From a virus (lineage: Duplodnaviria > Caudoviricetes): DNA of 30,822 nucleotides. This document shows positions 1-7,101 of the stretch, piece by piece. Within the stretch, counting starts at the first letter, position 1. Every line of letters starts with the position of its first letter. A program made the translations under genes and the position numbers. The stretch covers positions 1 through 30,822 of IMG/VR virus record IMGVR_UViG_3300025608_000065. One strand, 5' to 3'. The notes under the pieces are model-generated. The model searched no databases and was not told where the DNA came from. It saw only the letters and a list, made by a program, of their open reading frames with translations.

Positions 1-1515
1 TAACAACTGAACCAACTGAGTTACTTCGTATTCCCGTGCAATGATTCCAAGTGAAGAAGATGCAGTGAACTTGTAGTCCTGCACTGGGTACAACTCAGGG
101 TCAAACTGCATATAACGCCATGCAGCCTTCTGAACAAACGGGAGAAGGAATGAGTCTTGGAAGTTAATCAAAGTCCGCTTGTGACGCTTGATAATTGCTC
201 CTAACCCCATTGAGATACCTGCAGCCGTTGACTCCCCATTAATAGAACCTGGGATACCTGCAGCGTCTACTGCGCCGGTTGCTTGTTGTACCATTGCCTG
301 CAAAGATGCAGCCTGATTAAAGGTGTTGCCGTCTAAGTTGCCAAACTTAAATGGCTGTAGAATCTCACGAGGATCACCGTTAGTCAGTAATGTCTTACCT
401 GGACGTACTTCCATCTTCGCACCACGAGGTAGTCTAGAAGCGTCTACAGCGAGCATTGGATGTACTGTGAGTGCTAGCGCATCAATACGTGCACGAAGTT
501 CTGTGTCAAGTGCCTTCTGAGCGTTGTAGCCCTTCTCACAAATACCACGTCCCCAGAAACGCCCTGGAACAACATCCCAAGGGAATGCGATGACAGGACG
601 ATCCTGCATCATGTATGGGTTTTCTTCAACCTTCAGTAACTGACCACCATTCGCAATGACTACAATGGCTTCAATGTACTTACTGTCTTTCTTCTCTCCG
701 AAGTATTCTTCTTCATCTTCTTCTTTAATTGCGTCATAGAACAAATCAGCAGGAACAAGACCGTAGTACTTTGTTAGGCGTACTTTGTCCTCTTCATACA
801 TGGTGAGTTCTTTGTCAGGCTCTAAATCTGTGTCGAGGTATGACGCTTCTAAGTCTACGTCTCTGTAGATTCCTGATTCAATCCCACGCTCAATGGTATG
901 CTTTGGTACATACTCATCAATTGCAACACCAAGTGCCTCTTCAATGTTTGTAGCAACTGGATCAATTAAGAAATTCTGAGGTAGCACAGGACGTAACTTC
1001 ACAACAAAGCGATCCTGCTCCATAACACCGTAGGATTGCATTGCACCATCCATAATCGGCTGTGTTGCTGGACGCATCTCAATGTTTTCTTCCAAGATAA
1101 TCTCAGCCATACCTGTACCGAATACTGCAGAGTTAATCAAACACTCAGCAACAGCCTTACGGATACCAGTACGCTTAAAGTCTTCGTCTAGCTGACCACG
1201 AATCTGCTGAATGTCAATTGGATTCTGATCACCTAAGTCATCTTTAATGTCAAACCATTTCCCACGCCCAAATGTTGCTTCTTCAACCTCAGCAACTGCA
1301 GACTCTACAGCCTGTTGTAATGCCGGTGAGATAATCCGTGAACGTTCTGATTCTCTGAGTTTATCTGAAGGGTCCCAGATACCTCGCCACAAGCGATAGT
1401 ATTCATCAAACTTCTGTTCGTAGTTTGCTTCGTAGTGATCTCTCCACTGGTCACACTTATGGATAACCCAGTTTTCAAGTCCTGCTAACATCATTGAGCG
1501 ATTCTCATAATCCAC
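1..1515 (-). CDS. Portal protein (partial, runs off the left edge; absent from ORF track)
   Basis: GTG at 1515, 3 nt after the TerL stop. My translation begins MDYENRSMMLAGLENWVIHKCDQWRDHYEANYEQKFDEYYRLWRGIWDPSDKLRESERSRIISPALQQAVES, which resembles podovirus portal N-termini. Position directly after terL. Confidence 0.85.
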   Translation of the reverse strand, partial: MDYENRSMMLAGLENWVIHKCDQWRDHYEANYEQKFDEYYRLWRGIWDPSDKLRESERSRIISPALQQAVESAVAEVEEATFGRGKWFDIKDDLGDQNPIDIQQIRGQLDEDFKRTGIRKAVAECLINSAVFGTGMAEIILEENIEMRPATQPIMDGAMQSYGVMEQDRFVVKLRPVLPQNFLIDPVATNIEEALGVAIDEYVPKHTIERGIESGIYRDVDLEASYLDTDLEPDKELTMYEEDKVRLTKYYGLVPADLFYDAIKEEDEEEYFGEKKDSKYIEAIVVIANGGQLLKVEENPYMMQDRPVIAFPWDVVPGRFWGRGICEKGYNAQKALDTELRARIDALALTVHPMLAVDASRLPRGAKMEVRPGKTLLTNGDPREILQPFKFGNLDGNTFNQAASLQAMVQQATGAVDAAGIPGSINGESTAAGISMGLGAIIKRHKRTLINFQDSFLLPFVQKAAWRYMQFDPELYPVQDYKFTASSSLGIIAREYEVTQLVQLL

Positions 1516-1518
1516 TGC

Positions 1519-2772
1519 TTAGTACCCCGATATTTCATCTAGAATTTCAAAGTCATCTTCTTCGTAGTCATAGTAGTAAGCAACTTTTGCTAACTGGTCT
1601 ATGTACGCCAATGCATCCACTAAGTCATCGTGTACTAGCGGATTAGGAAACTGGAATAGTTCGTCCAAGAACTCAGTATTCCAATTACCTTCATTCAAAG
1701 TAATCTGTCCGTGTTCAAAACGTCCTTGTAGCGCCCACACAACTCGATCAGTCTTTTTCTGATTACCGTGTGTCAGTTCTTCAATACGAAAGAACCTTTG
1801 TTTCGACTTCATTAAATCTGTTAAGTATGGAAGTACCGCATTCTTCAATGCACCCTTCTCAATCCCAACAGCAACAGGACGGTATCTGTGTACCGCTTCA
1901 AAGATTTTACGTGCAGTGGTTTTAATTTCCCAACGCCCGTGTACAATATCCTTAACAAACCAACCATCTTCATTTGCTTTGACAATGGCAATGGCGGTGT
2001 TATCCAAGCGTTTACTCTTTGCAGACTTTGCATTGGCAACATCTGCGAAACCTGCCAAGTCCACTGCGATATAGTAATCACCTACTTCAGGTTCTTCACC
2101 AAACTTAACCCAATCCTCTTTAAAGATTTCAGAGCCTAGCGCCTCAAACGATGCCATGAACTCCTGTCTGAATGCATAGGAACTCATTGACTTCTTAGCC
2201 GTATCAATCTCTTCCGGGTCTAGCAGAGGATTGTCGTAGGATGTGAAGTGCCAAGCCTTGTAGGTATCATCTTCTGATAACTCTGCATACTTGTACAACT
2301 CATAGAAGTGATTACGTCCCTTCGGTGTTCCGATGAACAAACACTCACCCTTCTGGTCAGCCAATGCAGGTCTCAGTACTTCCTCCCAAACCTGTGGCTT
2401 CATATCTGCATACTCATCCATTACAAGGAACTTCAGAGAGACACCACGCATCGTGTCAGGTCTATCAGCACCCTTTAGAGATATCGTTGCTCCGTTGATT
2501 AACTTGATCTGCATATTATTCACATGCGAACTACTAATCACTGGGTGTGCAAGTTCTATCAGAGTTCCCCACATAATATCCCGTGCCTGTCCCTGTGTAG
2601 GGGCTACATAGAATACGTGACCTCTCTCAGACTGTAATGCATTCAGTATCAACATCCAAGCAGCCAGTCGTGATTTACCACAACGTCGGCCTGCAGCAAC
2701 TACCTTAAAACGCTCTTCAGCATTAAATACGTCTTGTTGCCAAGGAAGTAACTCAACCTTTAACTCAGACAT
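1519..2772 (-). CDS. terL: Terminase large subunit
   Basis: Walker A VVAAGRRCGKS, YVAPTQGQA, Walker B LVMDEYA, coupling motif IGTPKG, nuclease AVDLAG and HDDLVDA. Likely start MSELKVELLPWQQ at 2772. Confidence 0.95.
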   Translation of the reverse strand: MSELKVELLPWQQDVFNAEERFKVVAAGRRCGKSRLAAWMLILNALQSERGHVFYVAPTQGQARDIMWGTLIELAHPVISSSHVNNMQIKLINGATISLKGADRPDTMRGVSLKFLVMDEYADMKPQVWEEVLRPALADQKGECLFIGTPKGRNHFYELYKYAELSEDDTYKAWHFTSYDNPLLDPEEIDTAKKSMSSYAFRQEFMASFEALGSEIFKEDWVKFGEEPEVGDYYIAVDLAGFADVANAKSAKSKRLDNTAIAIVKANEDGWFVKDIVHGRWEIKTTARKIFEAVHRYRPVAVGIEKGALKNAVLPYLTDLMKSKQRFFRIEELTHGNQKKTDRVVWALQGRFEHGQITLNEGNWNTEFLDELFQFPNPLVHDDLVDALAYIDQLAKVAYYYDYEEDDFEILDEISGY

Positions 2773-3523
2773 TCTGTGGGTTATACTCCGGTACAAGCAT
2801 CGGATCAATAAAGAACTCTTCGTTAAATCCAAGCAATTCATTATCAAATGAACTTACTTGATCTGCTACCGCTTTTGCAGGGACCTGTGCAACCATGTCC
2901 TCAGGCAAAGCGGCTACAGGCTTTTTTATTTCTTCGTCTACCTCCGCCTGTGCAGCCAACGGAATAACACCTTCACCATCCTGCGTCTTATACTTGTCTG
3001 CTCTGAAGGCCCATCCTGGTAGATACTTGACCTTAATCGGATCATTGAGCACCAAGTCTAAGTAGAAACGCTTACGCTCAGTCGAATAATCATTCGTACT
3101 AATCCCTGCGTTATTCACAGCCTCAGTTGTCATTGGTCCAAGAATACCATCAGCAGAAACACCAGCGAGACGTTGTAGTAACTTCGTTGCCTGTGCAGGT
3201 CCTGCGTTGACTGCCATGTCTACAACGTTCTCTCTTAAGTAATCGTTGTCAATCTTGTCAAAGCCAGGAGCATAGTAGTAGTCCTGTGCATAGATCTCAG
3301 TAGCCTCTTTCTCTGTCAACCCTCTGATATCTTCTTCTGTAATCTCACTTACATCGACTCCACGAAACGCAGCCAAGGCAGTGGGTGTAATACCCAAATT
3401 AGTACCCACAAGTACACCATCGGCATAATTGCCAGTGTCGTCAGGATCGTTTTGAAAGCCACCCTCATTATTTAAAATCCCTTGTATGATGTTCCGTACA
3501 CTATTCGGAATCGTCATGCTCAT
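2765..3523 (-). CDS. Glycoside hydrolase family 108 lysozyme with peptidoglycan-binding region and acidic C-terminal extension
   Basis: NEGGFQNDPDDTG, TNLGIT, DMAVNAG, ADGILGPMT and YLPGWAFR are typical GH108/PG-binding motifs. SD GGAGA before ATG 3523. Confidence 0.85.
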   Translation of the reverse strand: MSMTIPNSVRNIIQGILNNEGGFQNDPDDTGNYADGVLVGTNLGITPTALAAFRGVDVSEITEEDIRGLTEKEATEIYAQDYYYAPGFDKIDNDYLRENVVDMAVNAGPAQATKLLQRLAGVSADGILGPMTTEAVNNAGISTNDYSTERKRFYLDLVLNDPIKVKYLPGWAFRADKYKTQDGEGVIPLAAQAEVDEEIKKPVAALPEDMVAQVPAKAVADQVSSFDNELLGFNEEFFIDPMLVPEYNPQNV

Positions 3524-3938
3524 AAACTTCTCCCTCAGGCTCCTCACCACCTACAATTGTTGTTTCACCGCCTACACCAGTGATCGTAATACTCACTGCA
3601 CTACGTCCATTCGTTGCCTTATCCTTTTCAAAGTAAGATACAGGCAATACCCTGTCCATACACATCTTCAGTGCAGCCATCTGACCAGGGTGTTCATCAT
3701 CTAACGCAATGTTGATGATCTTATTAATCACTTTGTCGCCCGATGTTGCTAACAAGCGGGCCTTAAACTCATTAATCCTTGCAGCATCTCCAGGAGGCCT
3801 ACCACGCACACCTCGATTACCACGCTTCTTAGCCTCTACGTCAGCCTTACGAGGCCTACCACGCTTCGCTGGAGGCTTCTTTTCCTTCTCTTCAAGGATT
3901 TCTACAGTCTGTATTGTTGTTTTCTCATCATTTTCCAT
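3501..3938 (-). CDS. Probable terminase small subunit with AT-hook-like motifs
   Basis: First gene of the packaging operon, 145 aa. Basic N-terminus with KRGRPRK and RGRPPG, followed by a helical core (ALDDEHPGQMAALKMCMDRVLP). Confidence 0.65.
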   Translation of the reverse strand: MENDEKTTIQTVEILEEKEKKPPAKRGRPRKADVEAKKRGNRGVRGRPPGDAARINEFKARLLATSGDKVINKIINIALDDEHPGQMAALKMCMDRVLPVSYFEKDKATNGRSAVSITITGVGGETTIVGGEEPEGEVYEHDDSE

Positions 3939-3970
3939 TGGAGTTCAACACTTTACCCAATAACCTGTAC

Positions 3971-3999
3971 AGTCTACCATATTTCCAAGCACAAGTCAA
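3971..3999 (-). promoter_or_regulatory. Sigma-70 promoter driving the leftward packaging/virion arm
   Basis: - strand TTGACT-N17-TAGACT with a TG extended -10, 33 nt upstream of the terS start. Confidence 0.75.
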
Positions 4000-4027
4000 G
4001 TATTTTGTCAAGCCTTTTCTCTAAAAA

Positions 4028-4043
4028 CTGTATAAAATTACAG
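4028..4043. promoter_or_regulatory. LexA (SOS) box 1
   Basis: CTGTATAAAATTACAG matches CTGT-N8-ACAG. Confidence 0.7.
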
Positions 4044-4101
4044 TCTTTTTAGTTTCTAGTTACTTTTCAGTAGGTTATAAAGCATATGTAGCTACTTATT
4101 G

Positions 4102-4117
4102 CTGTATGTTTATACAG
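4102..4117. promoter_or_regulatory. LexA (SOS) box 2
   Basis: CTGTATGTTTATACAG, close to the consensus CTGTATATATATACAG. Confidence 0.75.
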
Positions 4118-4224
4118 TCTTTTTAGTATTTTTAGCCTCTTGCAAGTCTATGTAGCAACTGCAAAAATAATACAGACTACGTAGCCCTCCCCGGGGCATC
4201 GATGACTCCACAGGCTGCGCAGAC

Positions 4225-4410
4225 TTGGCACGGACTTTGCAGTAGCAAAAACTATGCCAACTTTGCAGGCTACGAAACCTGGCACGATTCTTGCTAGTCT
4301 GCAATAACTATGCCAACCCCCACGCCTATAAAATACTATGCAATTTCTATGCCAACTTTGCAGGCTATGTAGTCCTGGCACAGGCTGTGCATTAGCAAAA
4401 ACTATGCCAA
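4225..4410. promoter_or_regulatory. Array of seven sigma-54 (RpoN) -24/-12 boxes
   Basis: + strand: 4225-4241 TTGGCACGGACTTTGCA, 4279-4295 CTGGCACGATTCTTGCT, 4375-4391 CTGGCACAGGCTGTGCA. - strand: 4244-4260 TTGGCATAGTTTTTGCT, 4300-4316 TTGGCATAGTTATTGCA, 4339-4355 TTGGCATAGAAATTGCA, 4394-4410 TTGGCATAGTTTTTGCT. All have GG-N10-GC spacing. Confidence 0.8.
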
Positions 4411-4428
4411 CTTTGCAGGCTATGTAGT
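4243..4428 (+). repeat. Direct repeats within the control region
   Basis: 30-bp exact repeat TAGCAAAAACTATGCCAACTTTGCAGGCTA at 4243-4272 and 4393-4422. 27-bp CTATGCCAACTTTGCAGGCTATGTAGT at 4347-4373 and 4402-4428. Confidence 0.9.
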
Positions 4429-4471
4429 TGAAGTGTGAGAGTCTATGTAGTACCCACGTAGTTTCAAAAGA

Positions 4472-4487
4472 CTGTATAAATTCACAG
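4472..4487. promoter_or_regulatory. LexA (SOS) box 3
   Basis: CTGTATAAATTCACAG matches CTGT-N8-ACAG. Confidence 0.7.
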
Positions 4488-4509
4488 TACTTCCAAGCCA
4501 GGTTATACT
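4481..4509 (+). promoter_or_regulatory. Sigma-70 early promoter whose -35 overlaps SOS box 3
   Basis: TTCACA (4481-4486)-N17-TATACT (4504-4509), upstream of the first early gene. Confidence 0.6.
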
Positions 4510-4585
4510 TTAGTCTAACAAGCGTGCACAGGCTGTAAAAGCTGTTAAAGTGTCCTCATATTCATTAGATAAAGGAATAAACATC

Positions 4586-4936
4586 ATGAACTACGAAACA
4601 TATACAACAATCATCACAGATCTATTTGAATCGGTGAAGGAAGAACAGCGTCAGTCTAAAGAGGCTTGGAAGTTCGAAGACTGGGATGATTATGTTCATG
4701 TCACAGTTGATGGCAGTGAGCACGTCATATATTACGCTAACGCTTGGGACTTGGTTCATTATGTGCGCCAACATGATTTCAAGCTGTACACTGACTGTGC
4801 AGAATGGTTGGATGAGTTAGGCATGGAATTTACAAGTTTAGATAAACACATTACGATGATGGCGTTCCAGATCTTGAAGCATGAAGTGATGCAGAAAGTT
4901 GAACAGCGTTTTAAACCAATTGAGGAAGTAGCATGA
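4586..4936 (+). CDS. Ocr (T7 gp0.3)-like anti-restriction DNA-mimic protein
   Basis: 116 aa, acidic, first early gene. EDWDDYVHVTVDGSEHVIYYANAWDL aligns by eye with the T7 Ocr core ([25 protein letters not shown], recalled from memory). SD AAGGA. Confidence 0.6.
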   Translation: MNYETYTTIITDLFESVKEEQRQSKEAWKFEDWDDYVHVTVDGSEHVIYYANAWDLVHYVRQHDFKLYTDCAEWLDELGMEFTSLDKHITMMAFQILKHEVMQKVEQRFKPIEEVA

Positions 4937-5865
4937 ACGTATTATCACTGTTTGACGGCATTAGTGCCGGACGTGTTGCGCTTGAACGTGCAGGGATTAA
5001 AGTAGATAACTATTACGCTTGTGAAATTGATCCTTATGCGATCAAGATAGCTAATAAAAACTATCCGGACACAGTACAGCTTGGAAGTGTGACAAATATC
5101 TCAGCTGCTGACATCCCACATAAAATTGATTTGATTATAGGTGGGAGTCCTTGCCAAGGATTCAGTTTTGCGGGCAAACAATTAAACTTTAACGATCCTA
5201 GATCACAATTGTTCTTTGAATTTGTGAGATTGTTAAAAGAATGCAAGCCTAAGTATTTCCTGTTGGAAAACGTCAAAATGAAAAAGGAATCAGAGGACGT
5301 AATAACAGACATGCTTGGTGTTAACCCAATAGAAATAAACAGCGCATTAGTATCAGCACAGAACAGAAAGCGTCTCTATTGGACTAACATCAATTTTGAT
5401 TGGAACATCGAAGACCAAGGAATATTGTTAAAAGACATATTAGACGATGAAGGTTGGGTAGATAGAGACAAATCATATTGTCTGGATGCGTCATATTATA
5501 AAGGAGGAAACCTGAAACAATATTTTAACAAGAAACGTAGACAGCTTGTATTTACAGACTGTATCCAAGAAGGCGAAGCTGACTTAAATGGCCATGATAT
5601 TTTGAAGCGTGTTTACAGTATTGATGGTAAAGCACCAACATTAAATACCTGTTCTGGAGGCAACAGAGAGCCTAAAATCATTACTTCAGAGACAACGTAC
5701 AGAAAACTAACACCAACAGAATGCGAACGGCTACAAACGTTTCCAGATGGATATACAGAAGGTGTTAGTAATACCAGACGCTATCACGCTTTAGGTAATA
5801 GTTGGACAGTAGATGTTGTTTGTCATATATTTAATGGACTGAGATGGGATGAGGAAACAATATGA
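4933..5865 (+). CDS. DNA (cytosine-5) methyltransferase
   Basis: Motif I LSLFDGISAG, catalytic GGSPCQGFS, ENV, QNRKR, ERLQTFP and motif X LGNSW. Confidence 0.95.
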   Translation: MNVLSLFDGISAGRVALERAGIKVDNYYACEIDPYAIKIANKNYPDTVQLGSVTNISAADIPHKIDLIIGGSPCQGFSFAGKQLNFNDPRSQLFFEFVRLLKECKPKYFLLENVKMKKESEDVITDMLGVNPIEINSALVSAQNRKRLYWTNINFDWNIEDQGILLKDILDDEGWVDRDKSYCLDASYYKGGNLKQYFNKKRRQLVFTDCIQEGEADLNGHDILKRVYSIDGKAPTLNTCSGGNREPKIITSETTYRKLTPTECERLQTFPDGYTEGVSNTRRYHALGNSWTVDVVCHIFNGLRWDEETI

Positions 5866-5918
5866 TTGAATTGGTGGACTTAATACTACGCCTTGTTGAG
5901 TTGGTCAATATATTATGA
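5862..5918 (+). CDS. Putative 18-aa hydrophobic peptide (MIELVDLILRLVELVNIL)
   Basis: ATGA overlap with the MTase stop; SD GAGGA. Confidence 0.4.
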   Translation: MIELVDLILRLVELVNIL

Positions 5919-6010
5919 TTGAATCCCAACTCCTAGGAATAGATAACGGAGCAGCCCTTATAATCTTTGTGTATTGTGTTGGGTTCTGCTGGTGGATGAT
6001 CAGAGGATAA
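5915..6010 (+). CDS. Putative 31-aa membrane peptide (MIESQLLGIDNGAALIIFVYCVGFCWWMIRG)
   Basis: ATGA-coupled to the previous ORF; one hydrophobic segment; fills the gap to the next gene. Confidence 0.5.
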   Translation: MIESQLLGIDNGAALIIFVYCVGFCWWMIRG

Positions 6011-6013
6011 ATT

Positions 6014-6307
6014 ATGTACTTTGAAGACCGAGAAGAACCACAGTTCATAGACTGGTTCGAGTGGTTAGAAGACGAACAGAGAGAGGAAATATTAGAAATG
6101 TTATTCGATCTAAACGAAGGCTTTGGTAATGATTTCGGAGCCTGGAAGGGGAATCTTTCAGAGGCTGAAGTGGAAACATTGTGCAAAGAGTACTACACAA
6201 ATAACGAAGACTTTACAGACTACTTTAAAGCGTATGACGCAGATTTAGACTGTGAGAAGGGCGAGGTACTATACAGAAACTGGATGGCTGAACGTGATTA
6301 TAATTAA
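6014..6307 (+). CDS. Highly acidic hypothetical protein
   Basis: 97 aa, D/E- and aromatic-rich; SD AGAGGA. Confidence 0.75.
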   Translation: MYFEDREEPQFIDWFEWLEDEQREEILEMLFDLNEGFGNDFGAWKGNLSEAEVETLCKEYYTNNEDFTDYFKAYDADLDCEKGEVLYRNWMAERDYN

Positions 6308-6584
6308 AAACTGGACAGAGGACCAAGTGTGTACACTGCGTCGCATGGTGGCGCAGGGTGCTACGTCTAAACAAATCAGCGAAGCAATTGGCAAAAAGCC
6401 TTCAGCAGTGCGTAAAGTCTTATCGAAGCGTAAAGACGATTTGGAGTTGACGTTACCACCAATCAGAGGACGTAATCCGACACCAAGACCAACAACAACA
6501 GACTTTGAAAAACAATGGTATGGTTCGGTCCCTTACTTGCACTGGTCCATCACTAAGCCTTGGAAGGCCTCTGAGACGCTCTGA
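6294..6584 (+). CDS. HTH DNA-binding protein (GcrA N-terminal/Myb-like pattern)
   Basis: NWTEDQVCTLRRMVAQGATSKQISEAIGKKPSAV pattern. Probable GTG start at 6294. Confidence 0.6.
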   Translation: MIIIKNWTEDQVCTLRRMVAQGATSKQISEAIGKKPSAVRKVLSKRKDDLELTLPPIRGRNPTPRPTTTDFEKQWYGSVPYLHWSITKPWKASETL

Positions 6585-6632
6585 GAGGCTCTGTAAGCGA
6601 TTTAAACGGAAAAGTAATACAGAGGTACTACA

Positions 6633-6707
6633 ATGGACACACAGGCGCTTATAACGGCTCTGCTTTGCTGCTTAACGTTCATGTATTTTTATATTGATGA
6701 CGATTAA
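6633..6707 (+). CDS. Putative 24-aa membrane peptide (MDTQALITALLCCLTFMYFYIDDD)
   Basis: SD GAGGT upstream; hydrophobic core. Confidence 0.45.
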   Translation: MDTQALITALLCCLTFMYFYIDDD

Positions 6708-6773
6708 TTGCTTGGTACTGTGAGCCTGGGTTGCTAATCTTTCTTGATTAAAGACAAAGAGGAGTGAACCTAC

Positions 6774-6959
6774 GTGCGCTGTAAAGCATGCAACAAAGCC
6801 CTAAGCGACTATGAGAGCACAAGAAAATCAGCCATGACAGGGGACTTCATAGACCTCTGTAATGGTTGTTTTACTTATGTGAAGGAAGACTTAATCACGA
6901 TAGAGAACCAAGACATGATTTCAGTTCAAGATTTTTTAGAACTTGATGATGAACTGTGA
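6774..6959 (+). CDS. Small zinc-ribbon protein
   Basis: CKAC...CNGC; SD GAGGAG. Confidence 0.7.
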   Translation: MRCKACNKALSDYESTRKSAMTGDFIDLCNGCFTYVKEDLITIENQDMISVQDFLELDDEL

Positions 6960-6976
6960 GTTTAATCTGTTACCCT
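6952..6976 (+). promoter_or_regulatory. Promoter-like element (shared 13-mer plus extended -10)
   Basis: AACTGTGAGTTTA-N3-TGTTACCCT; same architecture as 11485-11509. Confidence 0.4.
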
Positions 6977-6979
6977 TCT

Positions 6980-7090
6980 CTATATACTATATAGTACTAA
7001 GTAGATACGAAGTAATACTCAGTAACTAGTATTAGTATTAAATATAACTATGAGTAACTGAGAGATACTGAGTATCTAAGTAGACTACAC
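6980..7090. other. AT-rich non-coding segment with AGTA/TACT repeats and palindromes; candidate replication origin
   Basis: TACTATATAGTA, AGATAC-TGA-GTATCT and repeated AGTAA(C)T, located upstream of the primase-helicase operon. Confidence 0.4.
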
Positions 7091-7101
7091 AGAGGACCGA
7101 T

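Noticed and set aside
4159-4175. Possible fourth SOS box CTGCAAAAATAATACAG
   Set aside because: The spacer is 11 nt rather than 10.
4110-4381. ORFs 4110-4304 and 4148-4381 on the - strand
   Set aside because: They are translations of the repeat array, with no convincing SD and implausible composition.
4225-4410. Inverted pairs as simple RNA/ssDNA hairpins or terminators
   Set aside because: Only the TGGCA and TTGC blocks pair, the middles mismatch, there are no U-tracts, and a solo unpaired box exists. Disfavoured but not fully excluded.
4225-4428. Repeats as a mini-CRISPR array
   Set aside because: Spacing is irregular, units occur in both orientations, there are no uniform unique spacers and no cas genes.
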